DNA of 64,000 nt from a virus. Position 1 is the first letter of the stretch, and every line of letters starts with the position of its first letter. Shown one piece after another: positions 34,319-44,456 of this stretch. A model generated the notes under the pieces. The model had not been told where the DNA came from. It worked only from the letters and a program-made list of their open reading frames with translations, and did no database searches. The translations under genes were made by a program, and so were the position numbers. The DNA lies in IMG/VR virus record IMGVR_UViG_3300020183_000041, positions 1-64,000 of that record, one strand, 5' to 3'.

Positions 34319-36016
34319 TTACCGTACACCATCGTTAATATCTCCAATACTAAATGCTCCCCGAACTGGGAAATAGATGCCATCACCATCACTTGTGATT
34401 TGACAAACGCCCTGTGGGTCAATTGCTCCAGCATTTGCATTGACAATGACAATGTTATTACCTACATTTACAATATATGCATTAAGCGTTTTTGAATATT
34501 CAGCTAGGTATTTGAAGTTATCTAAAAAATAAGTATTCTTATTTAAGATAATAACTCCACCCTGTGCTTCTTCAAAAATAGAATCTTTATAGAAGTCGGT
34601 CATCAATTTGCCAATTCTTGTATCTGCCAAATCTCTGAATTTTTTCCCAGCGATATCGTGGGAATCATTAATACCCGATGAATAATGATCATATTCATGA
34701 ATGATTGTTGCAACAATTTCAGAAACTGAACCGTAATTTGCATGGCTCTCATCAATCACAATAATTCTTTCTTTATTTTCATTTGTAATCAACATGCCAA
34801 GAACGCTTTCTTTTTTTGTTTTAAAGGTTGCAATTTTATCCCTTATATGGAAAAGACCTGGCTCAAAATAAGTAGCAATATCAATTGCCTTAGTAAGTTT
34901 AGGATATTTTGAAGTGTCAAAGTCTGTCTCATAATCAATATGCTCTCCAAGAATGCTCGTCACATTTTTGAAATTGAAAGCTTTCATGATATTAAGAGCA
35001 GAACGATTTTTAACAATTACGGGTTTGTACCCACGCTGAGTAATTGACAGAATTGATGAATCAGAATTAAAATTACCATCAACGATGATACCCTTTCCAT
35101 CAGTCATTTTATTCCAAACGTCAATCCATGATTTACGGGCATCTTCATTGATATGATATTCAAAACTTTGGCTCAGAGTTGAAAGCCTTGCAAGTTCCCA
35201 AATATCTGATTCAGTATCTGCATCTATAAATTTCTCTAGATACTTTTCAATAACTTTTTCATCGGTTGTATTACCAATAATTTTTACAATAGCCCAGTCT
35301 AAATCCCACAATGTTTTAATAGTACGCTCTTCATTAAGTTCAATGTCATCGATTTGGTAATCAAATATACTGTGGTATTCTTGATCAGTTTTTACAAGAA
35401 TATTCTTGCAATAGAACCTTGAATCCGAATCAATTTTTTCTAAGATTTTACCCCAACACATGTCAGCAAGAACATTACGATTCACAGAAAAGTAGTTGTC
35501 GTACTTTTTAATAATGCTCATCAATTCAGGACTCGCTGAAATATAAACAGAAAATTGACCCTCAACTGGTTTAAGCTTTTCCATTGAAGTTTCGTCATCT
35601 GTATTAACAGTAATGACGCATACATTGTACCAACCATTATCTATAATTTTTGCGTTGTCCATTGCATTAGCGATTGGTTCACGCAAAATTTGAAATGGGT
35701 CTTCCCAAGAAAGAATACCTGCGTCAAGAGTGAAAGATGAAGACTTTTTGTAATCATCATATTGATAAACTACACAATCAATACCGTCTTCTTCTTCAAC
35801 AACATAACGCAAAGTAAATGGACCGTTCTTGTCATATCCAGTAAAAAACCATTCAAGGCCTTTTCTCAAAGCAGCAATTGGTGCATATTTAATACCAGAA
35901 CCAAATTGTCCAATTGTATTATCATCATTTCTTTTGGTGCTAAAGCCAAGTTTTTCTAATGCAATCCTACTGACTTCATCTGCCTTGTTTGTAATTACAA
36001 TATAATCTAGAAGCAT
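34319..36016 (-). CDS. GHKL/HATPase-like ATPase with C-terminal HExxH
   Basis: LGFSTK, IGQFGSGIK, REPIANAMD, IIHEYDH; SD GAAAGG. Confidence 0.65.
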   Translation of the reverse strand: MLLDYIVITNKADEVSRIALEKLGFSTKRNDDNTIGQFGSGIKYAPIAALRKGLEWFFTGYDKNGPFTLRYVVEEEDGIDCVVYQYDDYKKSSSFTLDAGILSWEDPFQILREPIANAMDNAKIIDNGWYNVCVITVNTDDETSMEKLKPVEGQFSVYISASPELMSIIKKYDNYFSVNRNVLADMCWGKILEKIDSDSRFYCKNILVKTDQEYHSIFDYQIDDIELNEERTIKTLWDLDWAIVKIIGNTTDEKVIEKYLEKFIDADTESDIWELARLSTLSQSFEYHINEDARKSWIDVWNKMTDGKGIIVDGNFNSDSSILSITQRGYKPVIVKNRSALNIMKAFNFKNVTSILGEHIDYETDFDTSKYPKLTKAIDIATYFEPGLFHIRDKIATFKTKKESVLGMLITNENKERIIVIDESHANYGSVSEIVATIIHEYDHYSSGINDSHDIAGKKFRDLADTRIGKLMTDFYKDSIFEEAQGGVIILNKNTYFLDNFKYLAEYSKTLNAYIVNVGNNIVIVNANAGAIDPQGVCQITSDGDGIYFPVRGAFSIGDINDGVR

Positions 36017-36032
36017 GTTTGCCTTTCTTTTA

Positions 36033-36059
36033 GGAGTGGGGGGTTTTACCCCCCACTCC
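36033..36059 (-). terminator. Hairpin between genes
   Basis: GGAGTGGGGGGT-TTT-ACCCCCCACTCC. Confidence 0.6.
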
Positions 36060-36069
36060 ATTGATTGAA

Positions 36070-36729
36070 TTAAGCTATGTTGTTATTAAGATTATTCAGA
36101 GGAATAATCGGTGCTTCGGCTGTGTTTGAACCAAGCAGTTCTTTGGCTTTTTGGATTTCAAGTTCTTTGAAATACTCGTTTAACTGAAGATTATAGTTGT
36201 GAATAATATCTGGAGTTGCAATCTGAATCCAATAATTTTTTTGTTCTTCAATGATTTTTTTCTCAAATATTCTTTTCTTTGCCTTGTCCAAAGCACGTTG
36301 AATATCTTCTGCAAAGTCATCGTTTGTGAGGCAGAGATATCTAAAGGCTTTCTCAACTGCTGCTGTAAAAGCAGAACCTAGACTACAAGTATAAGAAGGA
36401 GCATAATTATTTAGCAACTCTTCTGCTTTATTATCAATAATTGCCAAATCTACATAATCATCTAAATCTATATTTCTAAGATGACTTTCAATGTCAAAGT
36501 TGTAACTCATCCAATTTTCAATATCATTGGTAATATCTAAAGTTTCCACAACAGAATTATGAACAGACTCTGAAATTTCTTCTTTCAACTCATCTTTCAT
36601 TTCATCAAAATTAATATGAGTAGTTACTTCAGTAGCAAGATGATCGTAATCAATTCTTTCATCAATGATATTGCCAATGTAAGTCTCGAAATCAGTTTCG
36701 CTTACGCTAATATTTGCATTAAAATCCAT
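36070..36729 (-). CDS. Hypothetical acidic protein
   Basis: 219 aa, SD AAGGA. Confidence 0.6.
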   Translation of the reverse strand: MDFNANISVSETDFETYIGNIIDERIDYDHLATEVTTHINFDEMKDELKEEISESVHNSVVETLDITNDIENWMSYNFDIESHLRNIDLDDYVDLAIIDNKAEELLNNYAPSYTCSLGSAFTAAVEKAFRYLCLTNDDFAEDIQRALDKAKKRIFEKKIIEEQKNYWIQIATPDIIHNYNLQLNEYFKELEIQKAKELLGSNTAEAPIIPLNNLNNNIA

Positions 36730-36745
36730 TTTATTTTTCCTTTAT

Positions 36746-37117
36746 CTAATTTTTAATAATTTGAATATAGTCAGTCCAGCCAATTAATTCACTTGCATAT
36801 TGCCATAAATAACTACCTTTACGGACAGGTTTATCTGCATAATCGAACCAGTCCTGATAGACATATTTCATACTTAATATTTCATTATCGTCATCGACCG
36901 TTACCTCAATCCAATCGGCAGGTCCACCCGTTGACAATAAAATTTTAATAACTCTATAGGAAGAAACTTCTAGTGCAAGACTTATAATTTCTTCATACCC
37001 CTCAGACGATATTTCTTCATTATCTGATGATAATTTTTCATAAATTTCTTCAAGATCATTTTGTCTCGAAGACATTGCACCATCAATTCTTTCAGCACAC
37101 GTTGGGTTAGATTCCAC
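36746..37117 (-). CDS. Hypothetical protein
   Basis: LSTGGPADW...YQDWFD. Confidence 0.65.
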   Translation of the reverse strand: MESNPTCAERIDGAMSSRQNDLEEIYEKLSSDNEEISSEGYEEIISLALEVSSYRVIKILLSTGGPADWIEVTVDDDNEILSMKYVYQDWFDYADKPVRKGSYLWQYASELIGWTDYIQIIKN

Positions 37118-37295
37118 TTTTTATATCCTTTTCTGCTGATTCAATTCCTGATTCATACTCTTTTAATATGTCAACATTGAAGCGTTCATAGTATGCACCA
37201 ATCATTGCTTCCGATGGAACTTCAATTTCATTTATTCTTTTGTGGTAATAACCAACAGCAAACCAATATTTCTGAGCGTATTTTGCCCCTTTCAT
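37107..37295 (-). CDS. Hypothetical protein
   Basis: Tiling. Confidence 0.5.
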   Translation of the reverse strand: MKGAKYAQKYWFAVGYYHKRINEIEVPSEAMIGAYYERFNVDILKEYESGIESAEKDIKSGI

Positions 37296-37495
37296 TACTC
37301 AACCTCTTCCAACTCAACAATATCTTGGGTTCTGCAATACCAACAAGTTGTTTCAATTGTTTTTCTGAATAGAAAGAATAGTTGTTCTTCTTCGTATTTT
37401 GCACAATTTGGGCACGTGAATTCGTTGAAGAATTCATCAGGACCAGTGATTTCAATTTCATTACCAGATACCCCAGGCGGATAGTTTGAAGACAT
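37295..37495 (-). CDS. Small Zn-ribbon protein
   Basis: NYPPGV..CPNC..CWYC. Confidence 0.55.
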   Translation of the reverse strand: MSSNYPPGVSGNEIEITGPDEFFNEFTCPNCAKYEEEQLFFLFRKTIETTCWYCRTQDIVELEEVE

Positions 37496-37497
37496 TT

Positions 37498-38433
37498 TTA
37501 CTTCCAGATTTTATTTACTTCAGTTGACATATTGAAAGATTCAATTCTATTGACTCTTAACTTAGAGTTGTAACTTTCAACAATAATGAATGGAAGAGTC
37601 GTATACTTAATAGGGCCTGTATTACGAACATTCATGATTTTTGCTTGATTAAGCATTCCATCAATTGAGTTAAACTTTTTGAGAGTATTCACAATCCTGT
37701 CTCCATCAATTGCTTTGCCATACTTCTTAAATATTATTGCAAGCGCAGTAACTGCATCGACATTGAATGAAGAAGAATGTTCACCAAAAGCACTCTTTAA
37801 TGATATTAGAGCATACCCAGTATTTAGATGACCGGCATTTTTATAAATTTCTTTAAGCGTTCCAATGCCGCGAACGACACCATTACCAGGAGCATTAGAT
37901 GCTTTTAATCCAAGACTTGAAAGAATGGAATTAAGACCCATAGCATCCTTATCATTTGCTGCAACTTGTGCTTTAAAAATATCAGAAGTTTTCGGCTTCG
38001 TCCTGTCTTGATTAATCAATGTAAAAATTCTTGCCTCATCTTCAATAGAAAGATTAAAATAGACAAGAGCATTTACAGTTTTATTTTCAAAACCAAGAAG
38101 CCGCAATGCTGCTATTCTATGACCACCGTCAATTATTGCAATAACATTGTCTTCACGCGCTGAACAGATAATAATACCAAATGCATCAGGATCAAAATTC
38201 CGAGCAATGCTTGAAACTTTTACTTCATTAGGAAACCTCTGATAAGTTGAATCCAAATACAAATCACTTACTTTAACAAGTGACTCCATTGTTGAATACG
38301 AACCATCATCAAAAGATTTTGCTCCTTTGACTATATTTTTTCTAGTGACAATAGGTACATGAAGATTATTTTTTACTTCTGACTTTGAAAGTTTCCCATC
38401 GAAGTTCAGTTCAACTTTGTTTTGGCTTTTCAT
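37498..38433 (-). CDS. ParB/Srx-like (DUF6551-type) protein
   Basis: DSTYQR, IDGGHR, EARIF..IN. Confidence 0.7.
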   Translation of the reverse strand: MKSQNKVELNFDGKLSKSEVKNNLHVPIVTRKNIVKGAKSFDDGSYSTMESLVKVSDLYLDSTYQRFPNEVKVSSIARNFDPDAFGIIICSAREDNVIAIIDGGHRIAALRLLGFENKTVNALVYFNLSIEDEARIFTLINQDRTKPKTSDIFKAQVAANDKDAMGLNSILSSLGLKASNAPGNGVVRGIGTLKEIYKNAGHLNTGYALISLKSAFGEHSSSFNVDAVTALAIIFKKYGKAIDGDRIVNTLKKFNSIDGMLNQAKIMNVRNTGPIKYTTLPFIIVESYNSKLRVNRIESFNMSTEVNKIWK

Positions 38434-38434
38434 T

Positions 38435-38779
38435 TCACTCTCCTGTGAAAATTGTGTTTTTGAATATTTCTTTTACTTCAGTAACGCTTTTGTTTACAAA
38501 CAAAGATGCTTGCAACTTTGTAATTTTTTTGATTTTTAAATTCTTTTTTATAGATGATCTTTCTTTTGAAGAAAATGAACCCCAAATTCCATAAACTTCT
38601 TCATTATTAATTGCAAAGGTAAGACAGTCAGCAACAACTGTGCACGCTAAACACATTGCTTTTGCTTGAATTGAACTTTTTTTATTACTGATAGGTGAGT
38701 TTGTTTCTGCAAAAAAGATTTCTCCTTTGCCTATACATAAAGCTTCATCCATCCAATTGTTATTGCTAACTGTCATCAA
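38435..38779 (-). CDS. whiB: WhiB-family Fe-S transcription regulator
   Basis: W...ALC, FF, AKAMCLACTVVADCL, YGIWG..SSKER. Confidence 0.88.
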   Translation of the reverse strand: MMTVSNNNWMDEALCIGKGEIFFAETNSPISNKKSSIQAKAMCLACTVVADCLTFAINNEEVYGIWGSFSSKERSSIKKNLKIKKITKLQASLFVNKSVTEVKEIFKNTIFTGE

Positions 38780-38784
38780 ACCTC

Positions 38785-39141
38785 CTACTGATTTTTTTCA
38801 AAACTATTAATCATTGGAATAATTACATTATTATCAAATTGTTCAAGATAAGATTCTTTATTATTTTGTATAACTTTAAACAGCGCAATTACGTGCGAAC
38901 AAAGTGCACTAATTACATCAAGAGATTTATCATCATACTCTTTCCCCTCATCAACTGCTGCATTAATCATATGCATAATAAATGCAGCAGTTTGACTAGG
39001 GTCCTCAAAATTTGTATCTTTAATAATACGAGTTACTGTAATGAAGCGATTGAGAAATTCATTGTCATCATCATTCAGACTCATAACGTGATTGCTTGTA
39101 TTCAAATTATCAAAATCATCCATGTCAAACATTAGTACCAA
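38785..39141 (-). CDS. Hypothetical protein
   Basis: Tiling; start uncertain. Confidence 0.55.
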   Translation of the reverse strand: MVLMFDMDDFDNLNTSNHVMSLNDDDNEFLNRFITVTRIIKDTNFEDPSQTAAFIMHMINAAVDEGKEYDDKSLDVISALCSHVIALFKVIQNNKESYLEQFDNNVIIPMINSFEKNQ

Positions 39142-39632
39142 ATTTCCGAGCCATTTGCGTTTTTACTAATAAATTCTAACCACCATGAAGCATAAATCCA
39201 ATCATTGATAAGACTATTTTCTTCTTCAAGATTTCCTTTAACTTCACTGTAATTCTTTACATAATTAATCCACTCTTCTGTATAATCTCTCATTGTCCAC
39301 GAAAGATTTAGACAGTAACTTTCAGAAAGTCCTTCACCATCATCTGTTCCTTCCCCATAAAAAGCTGAACTATCATATGGAAAATCAGAATTGAAATTTG
39401 ACATACTGCCAGTAAGATAATTTCCATACTTACCTCTATACCAACAATCTGTACCAAACATTCCTAAAGTTGCTGCTGCATCTTTAGTAAGAGGATTTGA
39501 TTCTTTTTGATTTTTCCAAGGACAACCTCCACTCTTTTGAGTTTGTTGACAATCAATTTGTTCTTCTTCATTTATAATAGCTGTACCATGTTTTTTACAT
39601 GGATATACTTTTGGTATGTTGTCAAGTCCCAT
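39132..39632 (-). CDS. Hypothetical protein
   Basis: MGLD...CWYRGK. Confidence 0.6.
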   Translation of the reverse strand: MGLDNIPKVYPCKKHGTAIINEEEQIDCQQTQKSGGCPWKNQKESNPLTKDAAATLGMFGTDCWYRGKYGNYLTGSMSNFNSDFPYDSSAFYGEGTDDGEGLSESYCLNLSWTMRDYTEEWINYVKNYSEVKGNLEEENSLINDWIYASWWLEFISKNANGSEIWY

Positions 39633-40054
39633 TATGCAATTAACTTTCTCAAATGATCCATCAAAGGACCACTTGCTGTGACATCTTCATCAAATATAGA
39701 ATCTTCACCACTAATTTCGAGTGCGGAACCAATAATCTTTGAATCCTTTACAGAAGCAGCAAGCATTAAACGTACTCGTCTACGTTCTGGATTTTTACTT
39801 GGTGCTATTTCTTCATCACTATCATTATTAATTGGCGCAGCCCAGCCATAAGTAATAAGGCCAAGATAATCGAAACTGGCATGGAGTTTGTCGTCATCAA
39901 CATCATCAATTAGTGAATAAATATCACCATGTTGGTGAATTAATTTAAATTCAAATTGATTATTAAGACTATTAAGCCCATACATTTTTGCATTTTTTTC
40001 ATTACGATCAAACAAAAGTGTTTCGTGGATTTGTTCAAGAATTGTATTGTTCAT
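39632..40054 (-). CDS. Hypothetical protein
   Basis: GWAAP..APSKNPERRRVRL. Confidence 0.6.
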   Translation of the reverse strand: MNNTILEQIHETLLFDRNEKNAKMYGLNSLNNQFEFKLIHQHGDIYSLIDDVDDDKLHASFDYLGLITYGWAAPINNDSDEEIAPSKNPERRRVRLMLAASVKDSKIIGSALEISGEDSIFDEDVTASGPLMDHLRKLIA

Positions 40055-40632
40055 TCGCTTTCTTCTTCCTTTGAGTAGTATTCGTATAAGTATTCTTCAT
40101 CAAAATAATTAGATATAATGTCTCCCTCTGTTCTTTCGACTTCTTGTCCATTAGCCCAAATATTTCTACCACAAAATCCCATTCCTGGTTCTTCATAATA
40201 AAGACAGAATATAAGATTAGGATAATCGCCTGAGGCTTTGTTGAACAAATCTAATGCAGGACCCCATGCTGTATCAAAATTAAATCCAATACTGGCAATA
40301 CCACCACGTTCAGAAACATGCTTTTCTTGAGCAACAAACAAATTGCTTTCTTGCCATTTGGTTCCCCAATTGTCAATTCGCCAACTATACCAATCAGCAT
40401 AACCATACTTTTCCAGGTTAGCTTTTTGTTCATCTGTTGGATTCATTGGAGCATTACCAATTAGCAAATCAGCAGGTGTTGGATAAAAGTTTTCAAAGAG
40501 ACAATATCCATCTACAGATTTGTATTCCTTTTCAGAAAGGTGACTTGGGACTTCTTTGATTTTAGAAATCAAAATATCTAAGTCTTTTTCTTTACCAGCA
40601 ATTACTAAATGATTTTCACACCAATTAGGCAT
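40051..40632 (-). CDS. DUF1281/Api92-like ferredoxin-fold protein
   Basis: MPNWCEN, WYSWRIDNWGTKW, FDTAW, YEEPGMGFCG. Confidence 0.75.
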   Translation of the reverse strand: MPNWCENHLVIAGKEKDLDILISKIKEVPSHLSEKEYKSVDGYCLFENFYPTPADLLIGNAPMNPTDEQKANLEKYGYADWYSWRIDNWGTKWQESNLFVAQEKHVSERGGIASIGFNFDTAWGPALDLFNKASGDYPNLIFCLYYEEPGMGFCGRNIWANGQEVERTEGDIISNYFDEEYLYEYYSKEEESE

Positions 40633-40799
40633 TATTATTCTCCCTTTTAAATATAATCTTTGTCTGTAGTTGATGATTTTAAATATTAAAGTTGTAATTC
40701 ATTTATTTATCTTCTTTATTTCGATAATGATAATTTTTAATTAAAAACATTAAAGAGATTCCAATTGAAATTAATGATATGACTAATGTAGTTTTCATA

Positions 40800-41489
40800 T
40801 TAATCAAAAAGTGAAAGTTGATTTTTATTTGCTATGATTATTTTAATGTTTGTAAGTTCTTTTTGATTTGTCCATTCATCCCATTCCTCTATTGATTCAA
40901 GATTCCACAATTCTAAGTGATAAACGGCGGTTAAGATTTCATCATCACTTGGATAAACATCGGCATCCACATCAACACAAATTCCTAGTTCATCCGACAA
41001 ATATCTGTAGACTTGAGAAGACCAAGATTCAATGTTCGTATCAATCATTGATTTAATTGAGAAATGAAGATCTTCTAATGCATTAATTGCAGCATCATAT
41101 GATCTTTCACTATATTCTCCATCATCCCATACTGGGTAATCCAGTAGTTCGTCTTTACAAGACATAGCTTTTATGAAAGCTTTTGTAATATTGTCTTCTG
41201 TTATTTGTTTGTTTTCTTTTAGAACACGAACACACAACCTATCGACATGACCTACAGCCCAATGATTATAAGTTTCAATTCTAAAATCATCAGGGAATTC
41301 TGCCATTAATTCTCTAGACATTAAATCAAAGTTCATTTCATCTAGAATGCTAGAGTCTCTGTTTTTGTCAATACCACAAAAACCCCAGGTTACAAACATA
41401 TCATTTGAACCCCAGTAACCGAAGTCCTCTGGTTTCTCAATAGCATCATTTGCACACCGTAAAAGGTTTTCAGAATAGGACCAATTCAT
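40800..41489 (-). CDS. Hypothetical protein
   Basis: HWAVGHVD..LLDYPVWDD. Confidence 0.6.
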   Translation of the reverse strand: MNWSYSENLLRCANDAIEKPEDFGYWGSNDMFVTWGFCGIDKNRDSSILDEMNFDLMSRELMAEFPDDFRIETYNHWAVGHVDRLCVRVLKENKQITEDNITKAFIKAMSCKDELLDYPVWDDGEYSERSYDAAINALEDLHFSIKSMIDTNIESWSSQVYRYLSDELGICVDVDADVYPSDDEILTAVYHLELWNLESIEEWDEWTNQKELTNIKIIIANKNQLSLFD

Positions 41490-41492
41490 TCT

Positions 41493-42116
41493 TTAATCTT
41501 CGTTTCCGTTGGGGGGGATTACCAACCATTCATTTTGTTCGTCATTAATATTGTTATATCCATTAAGTTTTAGTTCACCATTAGCAATACGCCTTAAAAC
41601 ATCTGCTGCGTGCTTATTGTCAATATTCCAACTTTCATTTATCATTGGCAGAAATTCAAACTTGTATTCTTCTTTGACTTGAGTCCAGATAGATTCGACT
41701 CCGCAAAAGAAAAGATTTGTCGCTTCTTGATCATTTAGACCAAGATATTCTGTAGCAAAGTTTCCGACACTATGAGAATTATAGTCTGTATCACACATTT
41801 CTAAAAATTCATCATATTTTTTTCTATCTTCGTAATAGAAAGTTGTTGCAGCCCAGCCAGCAATACATGCTGTTGTACCACAATTCAATTGTTTAGGGAA
41901 AGCATCACGAGTAAAGTTTTGAATATCAAACATTTCATTACATGGAGAGTCTTCCCAATAATCTCTAGAGTCATATTCAATTATTTCATTAGTATCTGTA
42001 TCGCATTCTTGAACCGTATCTTCAAAGTAATTGCCAAACCATGCACCCATATGAAATTGTTCTTTTGGAGCATTTTCAATATAGTCTGCAACTTTGAGCA
42101 TATTCTCTACATTCAT
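41493..42116 (-). CDS. Hypothetical protein, CGTTACIAGWA family
   Basis: FHMGAWFG, CGTTACIAGWA; paralog of 42773-43354. Confidence 0.7.
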   Translation of the reverse strand: MNVENMLKVADYIENAPKEQFHMGAWFGNYFEDTVQECDTDTNEIIEYDSRDYWEDSPCNEMFDIQNFTRDAFPKQLNCGTTACIAGWAATTFYYEDRKKYDEFLEMCDTDYNSHSVGNFATEYLGLNDQEATNLFFCGVESIWTQVKEEYKFEFLPMINESWNIDNKHAADVLRRIANGELKLNGYNNINDEQNEWLVIPPNGNED

Positions 42117-42163
42117 TGTTTTCTCCTAACTTTGAGTATATTTTCTACATTCATTGTTTTCTC
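42090..42163. repeat. 36-bp tandem duplication of a gene start
   Basis: AACTTTGAG(C/T)ATATT(C/T)TCTACATTCATTGTTTTCTC at 42090 and 42128. Confidence 0.85.
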
Positions 42164-42171
42164 TGTTTCAG

Positions 42172-42372
42172 TTATTCTTCTCGCCAAATTGAATTTTGCA
42201 AAATGATAGATTTATTTTGGACTGGAGCAGGTTCAGATTTATTTGAAAACAAACAAGGCTCAGATTCCATCATCAATTTAATTAAAAGATTTGGTTGAAC
42301 ATTTATAATTTTTAATTCTTTTTGCTGTTCTTTAGCATATTCTTCTATGTCATAAGTATCTCTGCTGGTCAT
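42172..42372 (-). CDS. Hypothetical protein
   Basis: Likely start MTSRD (ATGA overlap). Confidence 0.45.
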   Translation of the reverse strand: MTSRDTYDIEEYAKEQQKELKIINVQPNLLIKLMMESEPCLFSNKSEPAPVQNKSIILQNSIWREE

Positions 42373-42566
42373 TTTGATTTTGCTTTCTGTATAGAAGAAA
42401 CAACACCATTGGGTGAAACTTCCCAAGGTTTGGATTTCTTTGGTTTTGTTTCTTTTAAAAACCGTTGTTCAGTAGCAGACATACCATAAAGAATTGCTCC
42501 TGTAAAAGCAATAAGAAAAATCACCGCTCCAAAACAAAAAAGAGTTGCTTCAGACACGATTACCAA
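42369..42566 (-). CDS. Small membrane protein
   Basis: N-terminal TM helix. Confidence 0.55.
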   Translation of the reverse strand: MVIVSEATLFCFGAVIFLIAFTGAILYGMSATEQRFLKETKPKKSKPWEVSPNGVVSSIQKAKSK

Positions 42567-42751
42567 TCCCTATCTTTTAATGCAAGCATAAAAGTACCAA
42601 GAGCAAGAATTGATGGCACCCAAATACCAACATAAATGCCATTAAGTTTATCTTCGTTAGTGTCACTACTGAAGAATAGTGAAATGCTCAAAATCAAGCC
42701 AGCAAATGCTGCAAGAATTGTTGTTGATTTAAGTATCTTTGTAGGTTTCAT
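42560..42751 (-). CDS. Small two-TM membrane protein
   Basis: GIYVGIWVPSILALG. Confidence 0.6.
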   Translation of the reverse strand: MKPTKILKSTTILAAFAGLILSISLFFSSDTNEDKLNGIYVGIWVPSILALGTFMLALKDRDW

Positions 42752-42772
42752 TTTTTTCTCCGTTTTGTTTAG

Positions 42773-43354
42773 TTATTGATAATAGCCATCAAGGTCGTAT
42801 TCAATTTGTTCATTTTCACTGATAATGGTATCTACATAGGCATTAGACAAATCAATTTCTTTATTTGCAATTCTTCTCAAAAGATGAACAACATCTTTCT
42901 TTGGGAAAACCCAACTATCGGTATTACCTGTATCAAAATCCCAATCATATTCATCCCGAAAGGCATGCCAAATAGAAGGATTTTCACAATAAAATAAGTT
43001 GCCGTATTCTTCAACACCAAGATCTAGATAATTAATCGCGGTATCTAAAACATTTAAACCAGCAACGTAAGTTTTGATATCATTGTCTATCAGATAGGAA
43101 TAAAAAGCCCAACCTGCAATACAAGCAGTAGTTCCGCAATGCATTCCAAGAATTTCAAATGAACCTGTTTTGTCATCTATTTCAATCTCAAGGACACTTG
43201 TTTCACCTTCAACAATTTGTTCCAATGTAGTGATTGCAGTTGCTTCATATTCATCTGTATTAATGTACTTGCCGAACCATGAGCCCATATGAATTTCTTC
43301 ATTTGGTGAATTTGCAATAAGGTCAGCAACTTTTAAAATGTTTTCTTTATTCAC
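42773..43354 (-). CDS. Hypothetical protein, CGTTACIAGWA family
   Basis: IHMGSWFG, CGTTACIAGWA. Confidence 0.7.
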   Translation of the reverse strand: MNKENILKVADLIANSPNEEIHMGSWFGKYINTDEYEATAITTLEQIVEGETSVLEIEIDDKTGSFEILGMHCGTTACIAGWAFYSYLIDNDIKTYVAGLNVLDTAINYLDLGVEEYGNLFYCENPSIWHAFRDEYDWDFDTGNTDSWVFPKKDVVHLLRRIANKEIDLSNAYVDTIISENEQIEYDLDGYYQ

Positions 43355-43701
43355 AAAACACCTGCTTTCTGTAATTCTTCCAATGCTTCATTATCCCAAT
43401 GCTCTGGGAGATTTTTATCAATTACATCAAAAACATAATTATAGCCAGATTCGTTGTCATCTACATATTTTGCAACAACTTCACCGTATTGACCAAAATC
43501 ATGTTCAAACCATTTAATTGAAAACTGAACATCATGTTCTTCTGCTTCTGGAAAAATTCTCTCAAGCTGATTGATATACGCTTCCATTTCGATTTTTGCA
43601 ATTCTTTTAAAATCGTCATGGTTTATTTGTACACAATCTTCTTCACAAGGAACAGGACCAAGTGTATTATAATCAACTCTTGATTTAGCCATTCTAATCA
43701 C
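43351..43701 (-). CDS. Hypothetical protein
   Basis: GPVPCEEDCVQ...HDFGQYGEV. Confidence 0.6.
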   Translation of the reverse strand: MIRMAKSRVDYNTLGPVPCEEDCVQINHDDFKRIAKIEMEAYINQLERIFPEAEEHDVQFSIKWFEHDFGQYGEVVAKYVDDNESGYNYVFDVIDKNLPEHWDNEALEELQKAGVL

Positions 43702-43876
43702 CTAATTCTTTGTAGTAGTTAATCCATTTATTTATAATTGAACGTAGCGTTATATTGTTATAAATATCATGTTCGTATCCATCAGAGATGCTTTTCCAAT
43801 CAAAAATTTCTGGATTCAAGCCCTCATTTAATGCTAACTCTGTTAGTTGTTTTTCAAAAATTTCCCAGTTATCCAT
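43694..43876 (-). CDS. Hypothetical protein
   Basis: Tiling. Confidence 0.5.
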   Translation of the reverse strand: MDNWEIFEKQLTELALNEGLNPEIFDWKSISDGYEHDIYNNITLRSIINKWINYYKELGD

Positions 43877-44018
43877 TAGTATCCACCACCGCTTTCTTCA
43901 TCTTCAAAATAGTAAGTATTGCTTGGATAAACAGATTGGTCATAACAAACTGGACAAATATTATCGTCAGGTTCTTCTTCAAACACTTCGTAACAAATGA
44001 GGCATTTATAAACTTTCA

Positions 44019-44213
44019 TCAACGCCCCCATCTAAAAACTGCCATTTCCAATTCCCATTCCTCAAAATCAAAATTGTAAGCAATGTCATAATTAATGTCG
44101 TATATTGGCAGTTTTTCTCTTTCAGGGAATTTAATTGGATTGGCAGAACCAAACTTATCGCGGATTTCTTTACGCCAAGAGTTGAGCATTTTTTCTGAAA
44201 TATTGTTTTTCAC
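44019..44213 (-). CDS. Hypothetical protein
   Basis: Tiling. Confidence 0.5.
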   Translation of the reverse strand: MKNNISEKMLNSWRKEIRDKFGSANPIKFPEREKLPIYDINYDIAYNFDFEEWELEMAVFRWGR

Positions 44214-44455
44214 TTATTTACCACCTTATGAATATCGATTCTTGCATCATACTTAAGTCTATAATTTGTACTAGATTCAGCAACAAAAGACTTTTCTATA
44301 TTAGGAAGTTCATCTCTACTAATGAACAAAATTGTATCTTCAATTGCAATATCTAGGCGATAGCCATCGTATGAAAGAAATTCTTTAACTGCTTGTTCAA
44401 TTGAATCATGTTCTTCTATTTGTCCGTATTGATTTCTTGTATAAAACTCAGTCAT
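44210..44455 (-). CDS. Hypothetical protein
   Basis: Likely start MTEFY after SD AAGGAG. Confidence 0.55.
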   Translation of the reverse strand: MTEFYTRNQYGQIEEHDSIEQAVKEFLSYDGYRLDIAIEDTILFISRDELPNIEKSFVAESSTNYRLKYDARIDIHKVVNK

Positions 44456-44456
44456 T

